NCBI GenBank assembly: GCA_030704615.1
Contig: CM060734.1
Location: 37,510,001-37,574,000 of the forward strand
Source: Takakia lepidozioides
Taxonomy: Eukaryota > Plantae > Bryophyta
Direction: 5' to 3'
DNA: 64,000 bases
Positions 49,785 through 62,466 of this stretch are shown here, piece after piece. The position numbers and the translations under genes are program-made. Under the pieces are notes generated by a model. It saw only the letters and a list, made by a program, of their open reading frames with translations, was not told the DNA's origin and did no database searches. How positions within the stretch are numbered: the first letter of the stretch is position 1; the number at the start of each line of letters is the position of its first letter.

Positions 49785-51533
49785 TCACCTGCCTGCTGCA
49801 GCATAGGTGTGCATAGAAGTGGACACATACTGCCCATCCCACTTGACGAAGCAATTTACCATGCGTTCCGCTCGCTCCACATCACCATGAATTCTGCAAG
49901 CACCAAGTAAGGCACCCCACACTGAAGCATCTGGTTTGACTGGCATTTGGATAATGAACTCCTCTGCCTCAGTCACTTGCCCTGCACGACCTAGAAGGTC
50001 CACCATGCAGCCAAAATGTTCCATTGTAGGAGTGAGTCCATAATCACAACTCATAGAACCAAAGTAATAACGGCCTTCATCCACCAGGCCCACATGGCTG
50101 CATGCAGAGAGGAGACATGTAAAAGTGACATTGTTTGGCTTCAAGCCTTCTTGTTGCATTTGTTCATAGAGTTTGAGGGCCTCCCTACCACACCCATTCT
50201 GAGCATACCCTACCATCAGCGCATTCCATGAGGCCAGATCGCGATGAGACATAATGTCAAACACTTGACGCGCATCCTCTATGCTCCCACATTTGGCATA
50301 CATATCAACTAGGGCACTCTCCAGAATGATATCTGGCACAATTCCAGCTTTGCTGATGTCAGCATGAACCTCTTTGCCATTTTCAAGGGCTGCCAGGCTG
50401 GCACATGCATTAAGAACACAAATGTACGTGACTTTGTCCGGCATCACCCCTTCCTCGGTCATTTGCTCATACATCTCCAAGGCCTCCCTACCACACCCCT
50501 GCTGACCATATCCTGCGATCATGGCATTCCACGAGACCACATTTCGTTCAGCCATATTGTCAAAAACTTGACGTGCATCATCTACGCTCCCGCATTTGGC
50601 ATACATATCAACAAGAGCGGTCCCTAGAATGATATCTTGTGCAACTCCAGCTTTGCTGATGTCAGCATGAACCTGTTTGCCATTTTCCAGGGATGTAAGG
50701 CTAGCACATGCATTGAGAACACAAATATAAGTGACCCTGTCCGCGGTCAATCCTTCCCGTGTCATTTGCTCATAGACTTCCAAAGCCTCCTTGCCACACC
50801 CATGCTGGGCGTATCCTGCTATCAGTGCAGTCCACGAAACCACATTCCGTTCAGACATGCCATCGAACACTTGGCGAGCATCCATCATGTTCCCGCATTT
50901 GGCATACATATTAGCAAGGGCAGTCTCCAGAATGATATCTGGCACAATTCCAGCTCTCATTATGTGAGCATGGACCTCTTTGCCCTTTTCCAGGGCTGCC
51001 ACCCCAGCACATGCATTGAGAACACAAATGAATGTGACCCTGTTGGGGACCAAACCTTCATGTAACATCCGCTGATACAGGTCCAAGGCCTCCCTACCAC
51101 AACCATGCTTGGCATATCCTGCTATCATTACAGTCCAGGCAAACATATCTCGTTCAGGCATTTTGTCAAACACTGCGCGTGCATCTGACACACTTCCGCA
51201 CTTAGCATACATGTTGACAAGGGACGTTAGTAGAAAGAAGCTTGGCTTGAATCCACTTTGAATAATATGGGCATGCACCTGCTTTCCCTCTGCTAGGCCT
51301 TTCATCTTTATGCACTCCTGCAAGAGACATACATAAATATTACAGTCGGCCAAAATGACTCTCTGGTTCAAAATCTGGAGCGCCTCTTTCAATTGTCCTG
51401 TCTTGCATAGTGTTCTCACAGCTCCACAAGCAGAATAATTCCTGCCGATTCCCTCATTTTGACGTCTTCCAAAAGCAGCCATCATGATGGAGGTGCTTGA
51501 TTCAAATAACTGTGGCTCATCGAACCCTGCCAT
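49785..51533 (-). CDS. PLS-class pentatricopeptide repeat protein with E domain (organellar RNA-editing factor type), intronless
   Basis: Four PLS triplets (MYAKCG..DARQVFD.M..RNVVSW..VTYICVLNACA), then LLSACSHVGLVDEG, HFGCMVDLLGRAG, VWGALLGACRIHG. Confidence 0.95.
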   Translation of the reverse strand: MAGFDEPQLFESSTSIMMAAFGRRQNEGIGRNYSACGAVRTLCKTGQLKEALQILNQRVILADCNIYVCLLQECIKMKGLAEGKQVHAHIIQSGFKPSFFLLTSLVNMYAKCGSVSDARAVFDKMPERDMFAWTVMIAGYAKHGCGREALDLYQRMLHEGLVPNRVTFICVLNACAGVAALEKGKEVHAHIMRAGIVPDIILETALANMYAKCGNMMDARQVFDGMSERNVVSWTALIAGYAQHGCGKEALEVYEQMTREGLTADRVTYICVLNACASLTSLENGKQVHADISKAGVAQDIILGTALVDMYAKCGSVDDARQVFDNMAERNVVSWNAMIAGYGQQGCGREALEMYEQMTEEGVMPDKVTYICVLNACASLAALENGKEVHADISKAGIVPDIILESALVDMYAKCGSIEDARQVFDIMSHRDLASWNALMVGYAQNGCGREALKLYEQMQQEGLKPNNVTFTCLLSACSHVGLVDEGRYYFGSMSCDYGLTPTMEHFGCMVDLLGRAGQVTEAEEFIIQMPVKPDASVWGALLGACRIHGDVERAERMVNCFVKWDGQYVSTSMHTYAAAGR

Positions 51534-52074
51534 CCTGCATGATAGTTACAAATCTTCACATTCAAACTCACATAATTTATCCCAAAGCTCCTAGATATTT
51601 CAAAGATTTACACTGCATAAGACATCTTGCCACATAGTTACGGGTTCACAGACTACTGTGAGTACTGCTGTCATCTACTTGGAGAATAAACTGTAACCAT
51701 TCTATCCGTGTGAGTTCAAACCCTTCACTTTATACCTATTGTACTCTCGACTGGAGCTCCATGGTGTACATCGACATCAGAACCATCACCAGATTGTGCT
51801 CGGTCTTGGAACATGGCACATAGCTCTGCTTTTAAAGGAGCATTCAACAAACCCTCAATACAAAGGGCCACCTTTGTGCTCACATGTCTGAAGTCTGGCA
51901 ATGTTGGACTTCTCTGTGGAAGGCCGCCAGGGGGAAGCCAATGAGCCCATAGCTCAATCACAAACTTGGCTACACCAAATCCAAGAGTCTTTGAAGTCAT
52001 AGGGGAATACTCTTGAGCAACCTACTTCCATACCCTGCTAACAGGAAAGACAACCACTGATAGAAACAGATTAA

Positions 52075-52612
52075 GGGCCAGGCCGCACCTGCCGGGTTAA
52101 GGAGCCGAAGAGGTTAGTAACAGGGCATTTTGGATGAGCGGGTTTACAGGAAAACGGCAGTGTGTTGACCCCCAACCTCCTTTAACCTTACGCCGCACCT
52201 GCCGGCTACAGAGCCGGTGCGAAAAAGATTTCATCACTCGTGCGTTCATCCTTGGCACACTTTTTCTTGGGAACGCGTAATAGAACCTTTCGTGCACATG
52301 AGGGGAACATACAGGATGCACTGCGGTGCTGTGTGGAGAACGCGCCAATCGAGAACCTTGAGGGAACGAACGAATGTCGGGAATTGAAAACGCTGATATC
52401 CGTCGAAGGTTCTCCCAAACGGACCTCTAAACGTACAGTAGTTACCCCCCCTTACCCCCCCCCCCCTTTTGGGCTGTCGCCTCCGGTTAACCATGCCGGA
52501 CAGGCCCCGACAGGGTTAGTAACCACTCCGCTATGTGCGGCCCTGGTTAAGGAAAATCTGGCGGGTAAGTACACCATATTTGCTCCTTAACCCCCCATGT
52601 GCAGCCCACCCC
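52075..52612. mobile_element. PIF/Harbinger (Tourist-like) MITE
   Basis: 31-bp imperfect TIRs (GGGCCAGGCCGCACCTGCCGGGTTAAGGAGC vs rc GGGGTGGGCTGCACATGGGGGGTTAAGGAGC, 24/31); flanks TAA and TTA. Confidence 0.65.
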
Positions 52613-55250
52613 TTACATATTCACAACAAGGAGCATACTGTCATACTGGGATACAGTCCTATATGCAAACCTATCACATGTACATGGTCACAAACTGTCT
52701 CAGGTGTAAATGATGATAGCCTTACCTTATGAAACCTGGTGTCCCACAATAGTGAAGGAACTTCTGCCAAACAAAACTGGTTGTGACCATGAAACATTTC
52801 ATCCAGGGGATGTCATTCATTAGAAATATGGACAGAATATTCTAGTGGCACCTCTCTTGATCGAATTGGAAGTCTAACCAAAAGTATCGGTGCTAAAGCA
52901 GATGAAACCCTTTGCGTACTCAGCCAATAAACTCTGTTTCATTTCCAACAAGCGGCTCGTCATGTAATCCTTAAACGATGACGCGACCTGAATCAGGTCG
53001 GGTCATTTTTCATCCATCCCGTAACTTCCTTGGATCACCTCCGATTTCGTTCATCCCTGAACGAAAAATGTAGCGCGGAAAATTTTCTGTCCGTTCCAAT
53101 TTACAGCAGGCTGAAGCAATGAATGCTCCGCCGTCTAGAATTTCCTAAGTGACAGGGGTGTCTAAAATGCATGGCCCAGGAGGTGTCAGCGGCGTTGACC
53201 CCGCTGACTGGGCAGGCGCCAAGGCCCGCTGGCCTGGAGTTGCCGGCATGGCTGATTTTTGCACCTATCACAAGGCATTTGTCAGGCAAAGGCAAGAAAA
53301 AAATGAGCTTATCAAAAAAAAGGCAATGAGAAAAAAATGCATGTCACAGTGAAAGTCAAAAAAAAAAAACCTGTCAAAAGAAAAGAAGAAATTTCTGATA
53401 ATTAGGGATAATTTGATTACTAAATCCACCTAGGTGAGGCTCACAAAGCCTGAATATGTAGAGCAGTTTCATTCGGGCCTTGATTCTAGAGTGGTCCAGG
53501 AATTACTGTGGGGCGCCTATGTAGGAAGGCCACGTGTATTAAGGAATGAGATGAGGGGGTCCATAAAAAGAAGGGAGGAATTGGCTAAATTTAGAATAGG
53601 GAGTCTTGTAGGGTTGACATGTGTCCAGGGCCTTCTAGAAGGGTCCCACCGCCCTGAGAGGCTATATAAGGGACCCCCCTCTTACTACCTACTAACTTAT
53701 TACCTACTAAATCAGTAAATAGTGGGCTATGCTAAGGCAGGGCGCCAAAAAAAAACAGCAAACAACAAACATGAATCAATTAATTAATAGAGTTAAGTGA
53801 ATATATATAGACTACAAAGGTACAAATGAATAGAAAATCTGCCAGGGATTAGTGATAGTTATTAGCAATTTTATTAGTAAGTCCACCTAGAGGCTATGAG
53901 AGGCTAAAAAAGGTACAAATTGTTAGTAGTTTTTGTTAATCTTACTAGTAAGTCCACCTAGGGGAGCCTCACCGAGCACTGCCAGTAGCGTTTTTCTTAG
54001 GAAATTTAAAAAACAACACGAGTGGCTCCAGAAAATAACATTACATTTTGTTTATCCACTGAAATCATCCACTTATGTACCATAATCCATATATATCATC
54101 CATATTTGGCAAATGCATCTATAATTTATTTTTATTTGGAGAAATTTGGTAATTTCATGATTCACCTGGGTTCCACAATCCTCACTAACCTGTTGGTTTT
54201 TGTGGGGGCTTGTGATGGGACCAGGTGAGGATCCTCACCTACTTTGAAGTTTCTTGAGCATGCAGATTGGGATATGGGCTGAGGAGACCTAGGGATTTGT
54301 GCGTTGTGAGGTGGCTGCTGCCTGCAGCCCCGATTTCAACCCGACTGCCCCTGGCTTGACATGCTACAGCCTGCGTTCTAGCCTTTGTCGTTCTGCCGCC
54401 GATGCGCAGCTTGGCCTGACTAGCCTGTTTCCTGAGGCTTGCATACAAACCATACCCTACCTTTTGATCTTTGACAACAAAGCCTGTGGATTATTAAGCT
54501 AGGTTGTAAGTTCTTTTGGCCAAAGAGGATCTGGTTTTTGGTGGTATATTTTTGGCGGTTTTGGGTATCTATGGACCTAGTGGCCTTGAAGTTTAAGGCG
54601 GCAACCTGATAGGGTACTGCCCTACTCCTTTTCGGGCCTACTTCTGATGTGTACTGGATCGTAGTAAGGTGTTCTTTGCATATCTTAGCATGGAACTCTT
54701 GAAGGATGAAGATGGTAAGCTGCAATGGGATCCTACCTATAGTTTTGGATCTGTCATGACATCATGACATCAGGCCTATGACCTGCAATCTGATTTTTTA
54801 TATACAAAAGAGGCTGGATCTCGGCTGTTCATGTTGCTTGTTGGTACAAGTCTTGAACCTGCAATTTGACAGGCTGCATTCACATTCCCTTGATACCTTG
54901 TATGATCACATGTCTCAGGGTGAATACAAATGATATGGAATCTATTTCATCTTGCTCAAGTTGGACTGCTTGGTGGCATATTGAGATTCTGACAAACTGC
55001 AGGCTGGTCCTTATGCCTTGGCTGATGCATGACCTACCATAATTAATGGCTGAAATGGTAAGCTGTTGGTATATGTACAGGCTGAACCAAAAGGCCTTGC
55101 AGCCTGCACAGGGACAGCAATATCTTATCTTGTCCCACACAAGAACAAACCCCGCCCTCCCACCTTGTTTTGTCTTGGATGATTGGGTGGTGTCTTTTTG
55201 GGATGATTTGACAAGACTGGAAATGTGAGATAGTGCCCTATCCAGGGTTG

Positions 55251-55483
55251 TTTATGTCTTTAATTGACAATGACCCTTATGGGTCCTGTCCATGTCTTGA
55301 CATGACGTGAATATCTTCACACTCTCTCCCTCTCTCTTATTAACTTTTTCTACCCCCTCTTTCCCTCTGTGGTTTTTTTTTTTTTGTGAGCAGCACGAAA
55401 GAGAGGAGAGAGAGAGAAGATATTTTTTGTCATGTCAAGACAAAGACAGGACCCCTAGGGTCGTTGTCATGAAAGAATAAATA
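55251..55483. mobile_element. Small MITE-like element with about 70-bp inverted termini
   Basis: GACAATGACCCT..GGGTCCTGTC..TGTCTTGACATGAC..ATATCTTC vs GAAGATAT..GTCATGTCAAGACA..GACAGGACCC.TAGGGTCGTTGTC; related copy from about 58705. Confidence 0.7.
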
Positions 55484-56391
55484 GACATATCAGCCACTTA
55501 ACAATGGCACCATCCATCAATCATCAAGCTTATAAAATCCAGAATTACATCCATGCACAGTAGTGTGTTCATGTCAGTATTATTCATAATCCAGAGAGTA
55601 TGCCACTGATGTTGATTGTCCATCAGTCAAGATCATGATACACTTACATAGGCCTGGGTGGGATGGCGGGTACTTGGCCATATTTTGGCCTTGATGTATT
55701 GCAAGTCATATAGTCATACAGATTTACCGTCTGCAAGCTGTAATCCAAGCATACTTACTAAAACCCCATGGGTGTCATGGAGGGTTTTCTTGAAAAGAAA
55801 TAAACACTTGGATATCATAGATTTAAATACCTTGCATTGCCAGTATTTGTTTAGACTGGTGTGCAGTACAGCTTGCCCCACAGGGGATGTGGATATGTCT
55901 GGTAAGTTTTCCAAAACATCCCTATACCTTTACTTCTTGCTACAGCTGAAAATCAAAGCTCATGACACAACAAGGTAAATATAAAGGACTGCATACATAT
56001 CCTGTGACAGTTAACCCTTCACATCATTCCACATTTGACCATATCATTACACCATGTCCAGGGGGTATTTCTACTTGACCACCCTGGCTGCCTCAAAAAC
56101 CAGTTACCATTTATATAACTGTCATATTTTAGTGTCAGCCGAATAGCCACAGGCAGAAACTTCATCATACCCTGGCCTAAGCATCTAGCTAACAAAGCCA
56201 TCTGGGTTGGAACATAACAGGGGCATTTTACCAACAGAGGTAGCCGAGTAGCTGCAGCAACCATTTCCTTGCAGCCTCTCACTTTGTTTCCAACTACCAT
56301 AAGGTAAGCAAAGCAAACTAGGGCTTGGAAAACAGATCTGTGTCTCTCACACACGCCATCATAAATCAGGTTGTCACCATATAACAGAGGT

Positions 56392-57019
56392 GAGGTCTCC
56401 GCCAACACCACAGCACTGCTACCTTAACCAAAACAAGGTCTTGCCAAGCACAAGAAAAAAGAGCTTGGTCTCAAAAGATAGGGTTTATAAAGGGAGGGAG
56501 AGAGACTTCATTGTGCCGCCATTCATCAAAGATCCAGAGGAGGGCTTCTAGGGAAACGTCATAGGCATGTAGGTGGTACCTCCGCCATCACTGCCGCGGT
56601 TCCCTTGTGCAGCAAAAAAACAGACAACTGAGACAAGGAATCTTCCCTCATCTCTAAGCCACCGCCATCGCCTTAAAGAGCCCGCCCAGGCGTTGCTCAC
56701 AAAAGCCATAAACACTCAAGGATTGGCAGCTTAAGGTATCTGCAGCATGAGCACCATCGCTCCTCACAATTTGTCTGTTTTTTTGCTGCACAAGGGAACA
56801 AAGGCAGTGATGGCGGAGGTACCACCTGCCTGCTTGTGAAGTTTCCCTAGGAGCCCTCCTCTGGATCTTTGATGAATGGCGGCATCTTGGTAAAACAAGG
56901 AAGTCTCTCTCTCCCTCCCTTTATAAACCGTACCTTATGAGACACAACTATTTTTTCTTGTGTTTGGCAAGACTTTGCTTTGGTTAAGGTAGCAGTGCTG
57001 TGGTGTTGGCGGAGACCTC
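56392..57019. repeat. Foldback element: about 240-bp inverted arms (56392-56628 / 56771-57019) with about 140-bp spacer
   Basis: GAGGTCTCCGCCAACACCACAGCACTGCTACCTTAACCAAA and its reverse complement; similarity continues along both arms; no TSD found. Confidence 0.85.
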
Positions 57020-57539
57020 CCTGCACGGTTGGGCTTGTGGAGAGATGGCGACCATCCCCCAAACAATAATAAAAAAAAAAAGGTTCTTTTTTCTGTTTGT
57101 CTTGCTTCCCTGCTTTCTTTGGCATTCTCTGTGCTTAGATTCAAGTGTATTTGACCTCGATAGCAAGTGTGGAAGCCTGCTACTCACCTCGTGCATCCTC
57201 ACTAACTCACAATGCGTTGTGGTTGTTTTGGGACGGGCACAGGTGAGGGCTTCCACTTAATATGCTGATTGCTAAGTGCTGCAGGGTACCATGAGGATTA
57301 CAGAGGAGTGAAGATGGCGGCTGGCTGTGGATTCATCTTGAAATCTGAAAAACTAAACTACTCTATGTTTTTCATGATCCTACCTCTATGTTTGATCTGT
57401 GAAGGACAATATAGTGCTACTTGTGGTGGGTAATCCTTTCCAGATTGGTGGAGGGCCCCTGTTTTGCAATTATGGCTGAGACTGCCTTGCCGTGCCTTGC
57501 CTTGCCCCCAACCTGTCAGGTTAAGCATAAAGGCGCGGC

Positions 57540-58480
57540 AGCCCTTTGGGTACCTTCCCGTGCATTGTTTAAACCCTGCAATGGTGGCTGAGTTATGGTG
57601 GTTTGTGTGGGACACATACATCAGTTTTTAGGCCCTGATTTGCTTTGCCTCCGGTCTGTTAGGGTAAACATATAGGTGCTGCAAGTTATAGTTTGCTGCA
57701 GCCCTTTGGGTACCTTCCCGGACAGTGTTTAACCCAGCAATGATGGCTGAGAATATGGTGACTTGTGAGCGCACACACATCAGTTTCTAGGCCCTGGCTT
57801 ACTTGGCTTCAGCTTGTTAATAAACCTGGCAATGATGGCAAAGACCATGGTGGTTCGTGTGGGACACACACATCAGCTTGTAGTCTTTTTTGGCTTTGTC
57901 TCCAGCATGTGAGGTTTAACATACAGGTGCTGAATATGATGGCTTGTGTGGGACACACACATCAGTTCTTAGGCCTTGTTTAAACCTTTCAATGATGGCT
58001 GAGAAGATGGTGACTTGTGTGGGACACACACATTAATTCTTGGGCCATGGTCTAACTGGCTTTCAGCTTGTTAATAAACATGGCAATGATGGCAAAGATT
58101 ATGGTGGCTTGTGTGGGACACACACATCAGTTTTTAGGCCCTGGTCTACTTGGCTTTCAGCTTGTTAATAAACCTGGCAATAATGGCAAAGATTATGATG
58201 GTAATTCGTGTGGGACACACACATCAGTTTGTGGGTCCTGTTTTGCTTTGTCTCCAACCTGTTAGGTTAAACATACAGGTACTGATATGATGGCTTGTGT
58301 GGGACACACGCATCAGTTTTTAGGCCCTGGTTAACCTTACAATGATGGCAAAGATTATGATGGTTTGTGGGACACACACATCAGTTTTTTGGCCGTGGTT
58401 TACTTGGCTTTCATCTTCATAATAAACCTGGCAATGACGGGCAAAGATTATGGTGGTTTGTGCGGGACCCACACATCAAT
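57540..58480. repeat. Degenerate minisatellite, core TGTGGGACACACACATCAGTT (about 10 copies, units 70-110 bp)
   Basis: Core recurs at about 57607, 57858, 57947, 58018, 58113, 58209, 58298, 58366 with CAATGATGGC(T/A). Confidence 0.85.
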
Positions 58481-58782
58481 ATGGCCAAGTGGCCAAGTGC
58501 CCACCATCCCACCCAGACCTCTGAATGTATATCCTAATTATGACTGGTGTTCAATCAGTATTTTTACTTACTCTTTGGATTATGAAGATTACTGACATGA
58601 ACACATTATTGTGCATGGAGGTAATTCTGGATTTTCCAGCTTGATGATTGATGGATGGTGCCACTGAAAAGTGGCTGATATGTCTGATTATTCTTATTTT
58701 TCCTGACAACAACCCTAGGGATCTTGTCCTTGTCTTGACATGACAAAAGTATCTTCCCTCTCTCTTTTTAACTTTTTCTGCA

Positions 58783-59463
58783 GAGGGGTCAACTCTGAGG
58801 TTAAGAAAACCATGCTTTGTCGCATTATTATGGGTTGATAAATCTGACTTAGAGGCTGTAGTGTCCAAAGCCATGTCTGTTGCCATGAGATTATCTGATG
58901 AAAATGAAGTTAGGCAGAAAACATCCCTGATCTTGTTTCCAGTCAGTGACATGGGGGAGGACATCTTGGATGACCTCAAGGGTCTACCCACTCTCGGCAC
59001 TAGACTGAAATTTAAACTCAGGGCAGGAAGCCTACCTTTGAACAGCAAACAGAAGCAGAGAGGAAAGGGAGAGTGCAATTGCCCGTTGTGTGGGCAATCT
59101 GAAGACAATACTCATTTTCTGATACACTGTCCGGGGTTCTCTCACCAAAGAGACGCTCTCTTCAAATCTATCAAGGGAATTGTGCCTGTACCTACCAACT
59201 TTGAAAGTCTCAAGGCTGAGCCAAAAGCCCAGGCCCTCCTGAGGCCTAATTATTGGGCAAATCACACACAGAAGTTTGATGCTTGTGTGAAGGGATTTCT
59301 AGAGGATATCTGGAAAACCCAGATTAATTCTATATATGAAGGTAAGTCTTACTACCAACGTCAGCCCCTGACAGAGGCAGGTTCTGTCCCTTTTGTTTCC
59401 GCTCAAACTGGGCGCGGGGTCATTGGCCACAAGGCTACGGCAAACAACGTCTTATGAGTACAA
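58783..59463 (+). mobile_element. 5'-truncated LINE 3' fragment (RTE-X/L2/CR1-like C-terminal Zn motif) inserted in a MITE; 20-bp TSD
   Basis: KFKLRAGSLPL..CPLCGQSEDNTHFLIHCP..R; TSD TCTTTTTAACTTTTTCTGCA at 58763-58782 and 59464-59483. Confidence 0.88.
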
Positions 59464-61769
59464 TCTTTTTAACTTTTTCTGCACCCTCTCTCCCTTGTGG
59501 TTTGTTTATTTTTGTGAGCAGCAAAAAAAAAAAGGAGAGAGATTGAGAGAGAGAGAGGGAGAAGGAGAGAGGGACAGAGAGAGGGAGAGATCAAGAAACC
59601 AAAAAGAAAATGGGGGGGGGGGGGGGGTGACTGAGCCCGTGGTGCTCAGCAGCTGCTGCTGGTGCTCAGTCACTTCCCCCCCCCCCCCTTTTTCTTTTCT
59701 CTTTGTTGCCCCCTCTCGAGACCCCGAGCACTTGCTGCTCTCAGCCCCCGACATGCTTGGTTTTTTTTGTTTTTGATCTGGAATGTAGAGGTTGTTTCCT
59801 AATGAGGCCAACTTGTGGGTTTGCATGACAGGTGCCAGCTTATGGGGAAAGAGAAGAAGTCCCCTGCCCCAAAGAAATCGGACAATCCGTTTGCTCTGCC
59901 GACACGTGTGATGCGCCAGGGCGTCTCACGGTTAACCAGCCCCGTCGACAGCCGCAGCCGGAGGGCTCGTCTGCCCCCCGAGGCATGTTGCTGAGCCGGA
60001 TGCTCAGTTGAGCACACCCTCGGCCACCAAGACGGGTGAAATGTACCTTGGCAAGCACATCACCCGTTCGGGGGCCCAGTATGGGCAACTTTTGGATGTC
60101 ACCCCCATAGCGACCCATTCCTCCGCAGCAAAGGTTGCACTTGCCAAGGCCCAACGTCAAGTTCAAGGGCCTTTGAAAAGCCTCCATTGCCAGCCCATTG
60201 TTGTCGATGAGGGAGGAGGAGACGAGGAGGGCCAATGAAGTGGCCAAGATAGCGAAGTGCCTCGAAGAAGTCAAGCCGGGTGAGGGCTTCTACCCTGATA
60301 CACATTTGGGTGGGGGGGGGAGAGGAGGAGGTATGGGCCGGTTCGGAGCAGCCTAGCCGATCAGCAACACCGCCCCCTGAGCCTGAGCGGTCAGCAAAGA
60401 AGGGCCTGGACTACGGGGCGCCGCCGCCGGCTATGCTCCACATCTGGAATCTACTTCCAGTGGCGCTCTGGGAGGGGATAGAGCGGGCATATCCGGCAAT
60501 GGGGACTCCTGCTACATCGGGTGACACTGGGGGCGAGTCGGACAAGCTTGCAAAGGTACAACTGTCGCACCTTGCTCCATGATTTATCCTTTCCTTTGCA
60601 TGCATGATTTTCTTTGTTGTTTGTTTCTTTTTTTGAATTTGGAAGAGTTATTTGTCTTCAGGAGGCAGCAACATGGCTGGCCTCATTGGTGCAGTCCAAT
60701 GGGGTTGCCAATGAGGGAGAGCACGTGGTGTTCATGAAGGACCCGAACACCAAAGGTAAGAAGAAGAGGCCTCGATCTCCCGAGATCCCTTTTACCATCA
60801 ATGAAGGGGCTGTCCGAATGGAAAAGGGGCCATACCCAAACCACCTTATGGAATTACACAGGTTGGCAAATCCTGAATCATGTCACCTTCCATTTGTCGC
60901 ATGTGCATTAATGAGGTGGATTCGATGCAACGTATGTGTGTAATTCACTAATTGTTGTGGGGGGTTGCATAGGTATCGTGGGATGCACTCATTGCGGGAG
61001 AGACTGATGCCGCAAACAAGGCCAAATTTGACCGGGCACGCGAAGCAACAATAGTCCGCCTTAACAACCACGAATCCACACACAAGTGGGGCGCCGACGG
61101 ATCCAAGGGTTTTATCTTGCGATTTGTAAGTCGTACTTCCCTATGTATTTTGTTATGTCTTCTTTCTGGCTCCATCATCGCAAAGAACTGACTTTAATTT
61201 GTGGCATGTGTAGCAACGCGCGTTTGAGAGGAAGCCATCTCCGGTAGAGTACAACTACGCCAAGGAGCATGGTTGGCAATCCCTCATGAAGAACATGGCC
61301 AACACAGAGGGGATGAGTGCACTACAGGGCACTATGGATGAGGTCGGGGGTCATGGCCAGGGATTGGATGAGAGCTCTGTGGGACTTAGGGGAACACCGC
61401 TTCATTTAGGTGCTCTGGCAAAGGGTGCAGAGTCATCAGGCTCATTGGATAGCTCTGAGTCCTCCACTGAGGATGATGATGAGGATGACTACCTAGTCCA
61501 TGTAGGTCCTAAGGTCAGCCTACTGAACCCTTGTGAGCTTTTCAGCTCATTTCCAGTAAATATATTTCCATCTTTCCATCTTCCATCTTATTCATGTGTC
61601 GCACCGTCCTCACCCTCGATTCATGCTTGCTCAATTGTATACATGCTAAATCAGAGAAATGGAACTGTAAGGTCTCCCATCCCCAAATACAAAACCAGAC
61701 AAAACACAAAAAACCACCCCCAATTCATCCCCAAAATCAACCCCCAACCCCCCCCCCCCCACCAGGCCG

Positions 61770-62466
61770 CCCTCGCGACTGCAGGACGTCGCCAATGGCG
61801 ACGTGTTTTTTGGGCGGGGGTCGCACGCCACGATGGTCGGGCGTCGCCAATCCCATTTGCGGGCGGCAACCCCCGACACCCCCTGCGACGTGTTTTTTTT
61901 TGTCCGGGGGTCACAAGCCGCGACGCCCTGGCGCCGCGTAGCCCACCACCCTGCCTACGCCACGTCTTCTTTTTTGGTTGATTAAATATTTTAAAAAATG
62001 ACGCCCGAGCGTCGCCAAAACCCACGCCCGGGTGTGGCGGAGCCCGACTCCTGCTCATGTTGTTTTTTTTGCCACGCCCAATAGTCGCTTGGCGTACCAC
62101 CCGGCTTACGCCACGTGTTTTTGGGTTTTATGATGGGACTCCCGGGCAGGTTAGAAAAAAAAAGGGATGCGACGCCGCGCTGGCGCCCCCACCAACGTCG
62201 TCGGCTGGAGGGCCGCGACGGCGAGACGTCGCTTGACGGAGGCCCCTGCCATCGACACGGACGGCCTGAAAAGCGACGTCCGACAGTCGCGGGAGTTGGG
62301 GCGGGGGCTCGCGATCCCCATACGTCGCATTTTTGCGACGTCATTTTGGCAACGCCCATGTGACTACCGGGCGTCGCAAATTCTGCGCCTGCCGCGTGCC
62401 CGAAAAGGGCGTTTTCCCAACGTTGCGGCGTGGCTCGGGCGTCACGGCCCCCCTTTTCCTATAGTG
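61770..62466. mobile_element. Right end of a CACTA/EnSpm transposon with GCGACG/CGTCGC subterminal repeats; may extend left to about 59800
   Basis: Ends ...CCCCCCTTTTCCTATAGTG (rc CACTATAGGAAAAGGG); dense inverted and direct GCGACG motifs; abrupt GC drop after 62466. Confidence 0.8.

Noticed and set aside
50016-51065. + strand ORFs over the PPR gene
   Set aside because: Antisense shadows of the PPR repeats.
53153-53400. hAT-like terminus CAGGGGTGTCTAAA
   Set aside because: No matching opposite TIR or 8-bp TSD found.
53434-56411. Short ORFs in the intergenic region
   Set aside because: No recognisable motifs; probably decayed repeats or chance ORFs.
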